Assembly (NCBI GenBank): GCA_050175015.1
Contig: JBFXJJ010000002.1
Location: 96,001-160,000, forward strand
Length of the DNA: 64,000 nt
Reading direction: 5' to 3'
Origin: Alphaproteobacteria bacterium
GTDB taxonomy: Bacteria; Pseudomonadota; Alphaproteobacteria; JBFXJJ01
The notes below the pieces were generated by a model. It was not told where the DNA came from, searched no databases, and saw only the letters and a list, made by a program, of their open reading frames with translations. The position numbers and the translations under genes were made by a program. Positions 60,249-64,000 of this stretch are shown here, piece after piece (position 1 is the stretch's first letter; every line of letters begins with the position of its first letter).

Positions 60249-60767
60249 ATGAAAAGATTCGTTTTTTTTATTATGTTTGTTTTTTGCTTGTTTACGGGTT
60301 CGAGTGTCAGGGCAGAATATTGCTGGATGATTGGCTGTGAAGGTGCTGTCGGCTATGTTTTTTTAACGGAACCTCAGCAGTGGAGTGAGCCTAAGACCAG
60401 CATCGTTTTTAATGGCAAAGAATATAAAATATTTAATCCAGAACACACTTTTTTATTTACTAAATCAGGACTGCCTAAAATTGGTGAAGAAGTAGAACTT
60501 AACATTGGCACCCCTATCTATGAAGAAGATGAAATTATCGAACGAAGCGATATGTTCAAAAAGTTCAAGTCGGGCTTAAACGAAAATCCAGAAGAATATG
60601 GACCTAGTGATGACATATGTCTTACTTGGCCGAGTGGTTATGATGGAGAGTATCCTATGGCAGGCGGAACTATTTTAAAAATCTTAGGATATAAGACGTT
60701 TAGCTTTGATAATGAAGATTTTCTTTTTGCAAAAGTAAAAATTCTAAAAGATGGCGGAACAGATTAA
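60249..60767 (+). CDS. Secreted/periplasmic protein, paralogue 1 (candidate immunity protein)
   Basis: ATG 60249 with AAGGA RBS; Sec signal peptide ending SVRA; mature EYCWMIGCEG... Confidence 0.85.
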   Translation: MKRFVFFIMFVFCLFTGSSVRAEYCWMIGCEGAVGYVFLTEPQQWSEPKTSIVFNGKEYKIFNPEHTFLFTKSGLPKIGEEVELNIGTPIYEEDEIIERSDMFKKFKSGLNENPEEYGPSDDICLTWPSGYDGEYPMAGGTILKILGYKTFSFDNEDFLFAKVKILKDGGTD

Positions 60768-60848
60768 TTTTTTTAACCTTTATCTTTTTTATAAAGGTTT
60801 TTAGCTGTTAGGTTAACTTAAAAAGAATAGATTTTAAGGATTTTAGTT

Positions 60849-61364
60849 ATGAAGAGATTGTTTTTTTTAATTGTTTTGAGTTTTTGCTTGTTTACGGGTT
60901 CGATTGCCAGAGCAGAATATTGCTGGATGATTGGTTGTGAAGGTGCTGTCGGCTATGTTTTTTTAACGGAACCTCAGCAGTGGAGTGAGCCTAAGACCAG
61001 CGTCGTTTTTAATGGCAAAGAATATAAAATATTTAATCCAGAAGACACTTTTTTATTCACTAAACCAGGACTGCCTAAAATTGGTGAAGAAGTAGAACTT
61101 AATGTTGGCACCCCTATCTATGAAGAAGATGAGATTATCGAACGAAGCGATATGTTCAAAAAGTTTAAATCGGGCTTAAACGAAAATCCAGAAGAATATG
61201 GACCTAGTGATGATATTTGTTTTGACTGGCCGAGTGATTACGATGGAGAGTATCCTATGGCAGGCGGAACTATTTTAAAAATCTTAGGATATAAGACGTT
61301 TAGCTTTGATAATGAAGACTTTCTTTTTGCAAAAGTAAAAATTATTAAAGATGGAATAAGATAA
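60849..61364 (+). CDS. Secreted/periplasmic protein, paralogue 2 (candidate immunity protein)
   Basis: Near-identical to paralogues 1 and 3; signal peptide ending IARA. Confidence 0.85.
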   Translation: MKRLFFLIVLSFCLFTGSIARAEYCWMIGCEGAVGYVFLTEPQQWSEPKTSVVFNGKEYKIFNPEDTFLFTKPGLPKIGEEVELNVGTPIYEEDEIIERSDMFKKFKSGLNENPEEYGPSDDICFDWPSDYDGEYPMAGGTILKILGYKTFSFDNEDFLFAKVKIIKDGIR

Positions 61365-61445
61365 ATTTTTTAACCTTTATTTTTTTTATAAAGGTTTTTA
61401 GCTGTTAGGTTAACTTAAAAAGAATAGGTTTTAAGGATTTTAGTT

Positions 61446-61961
61446 ATGAAAAGATTGTTTTTTTTAATTGTTTTGAGTTTTTGCTTGTTTACGGGTTCGA
61501 GTGTCAGGGCAGAATATTGCTGGATGATTGGCTGTGAAGGTGCTGTCGGCTATGTTTTTTTAACGGAACCTCAGCAGTGGAGTGAGCCTAAGACCAGCGT
61601 CGTTTTTAATGGCAAAGAATATAAAATATCAAGTCCTGATGATGTATTTTTATTTACTAAACCAGGATTGCCTAAAATTGACGAAGAAGTAGAACTTAAC
61701 ATTGGCACCCCTATCTATGAAGAAGATGAGATTATCGAACGAAGCGATATGTTCAAAAAGTTCAAATCAGGTCTAAAAGAGCCATATATTGGGGTAGAAG
61801 ATGTCTGGAAAATTAGTCTTACTTGGCCGAGTGATTATGATGGAGATTATCCTATGGCAGGCGGAACTATTTTAAAAATCTTAGGATATAAGACGTTTAG
61901 CTTTGATAATGAAGACTTTCTTTTTGCAAAAGTAAAAATTATTAAAGATGGAATAAGATAA
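61446..61961 (+). CDS. Secreted/periplasmic protein, paralogue 3 (candidate immunity protein)
   Basis: Near-identical to paralogues 1 and 2 except two divergent blocks (SSPDDV; KEPYIGVEDVWKIS). Confidence 0.85.
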   Translation: MKRLFFLIVLSFCLFTGSSVRAEYCWMIGCEGAVGYVFLTEPQQWSEPKTSVVFNGKEYKISSPDDVFLFTKPGLPKIDEEVELNIGTPIYEEDEIIERSDMFKKFKSGLKEPYIGVEDVWKISLTWPSDYDGDYPMAGGTILKILGYKTFSFDNEDFLFAKVKIIKDGIR

Positions 61962-62001
61962 ATTTTTTAACCTTTATTTTTTTTATAAAGGTTTTTAGCT
62001 G

Positions 62002-62036
62002 GCGGCAAAGATTTTTTAGTCTTTGCCGCTTTTTTT
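62002..62036 (+). terminator. 28-bp palindrome, copy 1; intrinsic terminator-like, between the array and the 564-aa gene
   Basis: GCGGCAAAGA-TTTTTTAG-TCTTTGCCGC followed by T7. Confidence 0.8.
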
Positions 62037-62065
62037 ATTTATTAAATTTTAAGGAGAATATAATT

Positions 62066-63760
62066 ATGAATAATTTGCGAACTAACGATGTTCTTTCAAA
62101 AAGACTTAAAAAAACAACCGATAAAATAGAACAAGATAAAGACTTGATTATCAAAGCCGTCGGAAAGAATGAAGATGAAAGCGGGAAAAAAACCTACCAA
62201 ATATCACACGCAGGAACTTCAAAAAGCAGTTTTTCCGTCGGTCGTCTGCAAACAGATTTTGCTGGAGACGATAAAGAAATAACCAGAGATGATTTTATAA
62301 AAAACATAAATAATATAAATAGAAATCTTTTTAATGATGGAAAAATAACCAACGATGGGCTTTTAACCTCAGACGATATTAACCAAATAAAAGAAGGGCT
62401 AGTAATCAAAGGCAACGTAAATGCTATTTCAAAGTCCGTAAAAAACAAAATTAATACGGCTTTGCAGTCAAAAGAAGGTCAAGAGATTGTTAACAAGTTA
62501 GACAAGCAGCAAGTTAACAATCTTTTAGTCGGTGTCAAAAAAACTCGTGATGCAGCATTGTCCAACCCCGATATTGCTAATAATCCAGCCTCTGCAGCTT
62601 ATGTTAATTCTGATGCTTTTATGCTTCGAATTGCTGATAATATTAACCAATATGGCTCAAATGGTCGCATGTGTGATTGGCTTAAAGGTGATAAAACTTA
62701 CATTGATAAGAAAACTAACAAGGAAAAACCTTTTGGAAACCCAATTTCAAAAGATGTTACTATTTCAGGAGATGTTCTTAAAAAATATACCGATAATTAT
62801 AAATATGCAAAGGAGCATACAAAAAACTATAATAAGCGAATTGATAATCTTGATACGGTATTAAAAGAACAAAAAGATAATCCTGCAAAAAAACAAAACA
62901 ATGAAGCTGATTTTAAACAACCAAGCGTTTTTTCAGGTTCTAAAGATATTGCAAAAAACATCGATAGCAATCTTTCTAATCCAATTGATTTTGATAAGAT
63001 TAAAACAAAACAAGATGCTATTGCTGAAACCCTTGGAACTGATGCCGCAAACGCAGGTCAGAATAACAATACAGATAACACCAGACAAGGCGATGAGACC
63101 GTTGCTTCAAACAGTTTTCTGTCTAAAGATACCGCAGCAGGTAATTTTAAAAACGGCAAAAACAATGCCAATGATATTCTTGAGAAGTTAAGCAAAAATG
63201 TCGATATTTCCTCTATAATATTAGCAAAAAGACCAGAAGAGATGACTAAAGAAGAAATGAGAGAAGCGCAAAATTTTGTTTTTGATAAAGTTTTTCACCC
63301 CAAAAGATTAGAGGTTGATGATCATATTAAAAAATATTTTGGCGTCCGCTATCCAGGAAAAACCGAATATGATGATACGGGAAGAATGATTGACACACCG
63401 TCTGTTATTAATGAACCTTTAGAACCAAGCCAGATTAAGGATAAACAAGGAAAGCCTGTAGAGCATGGACTTAAAGGCATTGCGGGATTAATCGATAATG
63501 CTGATGGAATAACGGGAGGAAAAGGCGTTGAGGTATTGCAAAAAGCCTTAAATTATCTAGGTCGTTCTTTTGGTGTTAACGATTATGATGTTCCAGATAA
63601 AATCTATCTAAGAGAACCCGTTAAAACGCTAAAAGAAGATAATATCTTGGGACCTAAAACGGCAACCGCAACTTTTGACAATCTTGTTAAAAACGGTGCT
63701 AATAATTTAACAAATGCCTTTAACAGCATTTTAAAAAAACAAAAAGACGACCTTTATTAA
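62066..63760 (+). CDS. Putative peptidoglycan-targeting toxin/hydrolase: lysozyme-like N-terminal domain and C-terminal peptidoglycan-binding domain
   Basis: AAGGAG RBS; no signal peptide. N-terminal AVGKNE...YQISHAG...SSFSVGRLQTD...ADNINQYG. C-terminal GVEVLQKALNYLG...LKEDNILGPKTATA fits the PG_binding_1 pattern. Confidence 0.65.
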   Translation: MNNLRTNDVLSKRLKKTTDKIEQDKDLIIKAVGKNEDESGKKTYQISHAGTSKSSFSVGRLQTDFAGDDKEITRDDFIKNINNINRNLFNDGKITNDGLLTSDDINQIKEGLVIKGNVNAISKSVKNKINTALQSKEGQEIVNKLDKQQVNNLLVGVKKTRDAALSNPDIANNPASAAYVNSDAFMLRIADNINQYGSNGRMCDWLKGDKTYIDKKTNKEKPFGNPISKDVTISGDVLKKYTDNYKYAKEHTKNYNKRIDNLDTVLKEQKDNPAKKQNNEADFKQPSVFSGSKDIAKNIDSNLSNPIDFDKIKTKQDAIAETLGTDAANAGQNNNTDNTRQGDETVASNSFLSKDTAAGNFKNGKNNANDILEKLSKNVDISSIILAKRPEEMTKEEMREAQNFVFDKVFHPKRLEVDDHIKKYFGVRYPGKTEYDDTGRMIDTPSVINEPLEPSQIKDKQGKPVEHGLKGIAGLIDNADGITGGKGVEVLQKALNYLGRSFGVNDYDVPDKIYLREPVKTLKEDNILGPKTATATFDNLVKNGANNLTNAFNSILKKQKDDLY

Positions 63761-63798
63761 TTTATAGTATTTTGCTTATGTTCAAATTTTAAACAATA

Positions 63799-63826
63799 GC
63801 GGCAAAGATTTTTTAGTCTTTGCCGC
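63799..63826 (+). repeat. 28-bp palindrome, copy 2, identical to 62002-62029
   Basis: GCGGCAAAGATTTTTTAGTCTTTGCCGC, 38 bp after the stop codon; lacks the long T tail. Confidence 0.92.
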
Positions 63827-64000
63827 TTCCCTGTTTATTTAACTTTATGGCGGGCAACACTTAAAACAAGGTTTACTTTAAAATGTTGTCTCTTATTTTG
63901 CCTTACGGCAAATGTCTGCCGATGCGCTTTGCTTTTAGCAAAAGCAAAAGTAAAACTTTTTTAAAAAAATAGCTAAATATCAATCAATTTAACCAACGGC

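Larger units (their letters stand above)
60232..62001 (+). repeat. Tandem triplication (units of 600, 597 and about 573 bp), each with RBS, gene and hairpin
   Basis: Units start ttttaaggattttagttatg at 60232, 60832 and 61429. Each carries an AACCTTTAT-N7-ATAAAGGTT hairpin (60775, 61372, 61969). Homology stops at 62001. Confidence 0.96.

Noticed and set aside
60232-62001. Array as a CRISPR, DGR or integron
   Set aside because: Units are whole ~600-bp genes; there is no repeat-spacer pattern, no reverse transcriptase or integrase in the window, and differences are not adenine-specific.
577-63191. Many short ORFs antisense to, or out of frame within, recognised genes (e.g. 577-846, 22201-22641, 32176-32574, 51057-51479, 62532-62864)
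   Set aside because: They overlap confidently identified genes and show shadow-frame composition without family motifs.
62066-63760. Prophage endolysin
   Set aside because: No holin, structural or integrase genes in the window, and the neighbours are secreted paralogues; not fully excluded because the window ends 240 bp later.

Overview
AT-rich (by eye about one-third G+C; not computed) alphaproteobacterial chromosome segment. Gene content and order look Rhodospirillales-like: chpT/ctrA, sigma-54 activator FlbD, flhF-flhG, FlaF, and lnt-phrR-like-metK-trmB-rimP-nusA. 1-31.6 kb is a chemotaxis, cell-cycle and flagellar cluster (chpT, cheYBR, ctrA, fliIJ, flhG/flhF/flhA, flbD, fliNHGF, flgE, flgD, fliK, flaF). 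It has several oddities: no cheA/cheW between chpT and cheY, a CheR with a long low-complexity tail, a sigma-54-promoter-driven acidic poly-Pro repeat gene, two tandem J-domain/Zn-finger/TM/SH3 genes and a second FliK-like gene in the flhA operon, a 964-aa hook protein with internal repeats, and an inserted speG. 31.7-58.7 kb is mostly housekeeping (gluQ, folD, miaB-phoH-ybeY-corC-lnt, metK, trmB, rimP-nusA-infB-rbfA-truB-rpsO-pnp). The most striking region is the accessory end, 58.8-63.8 kb. An HExxH peptidase gene is followed by a perfect alphaproteobacterial LexA box abutting a sigma-70 promoter. Downstream lie three near-identical, mosaic, signal-peptide-bearing paralogues and a 564-aa protein with a probable lysozyme-like N-terminus and a peptidoglycan-binding C-terminus, bracketed by two identical 28-bp palindromes. 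I read this as a candidate SOS-controlled cell-wall toxin/poly-immunity locus (inference). No rRNA, tRNA, CRISPR array, transposase or integrase was recognised. Family assignments come from remembered motifs, not database searches.
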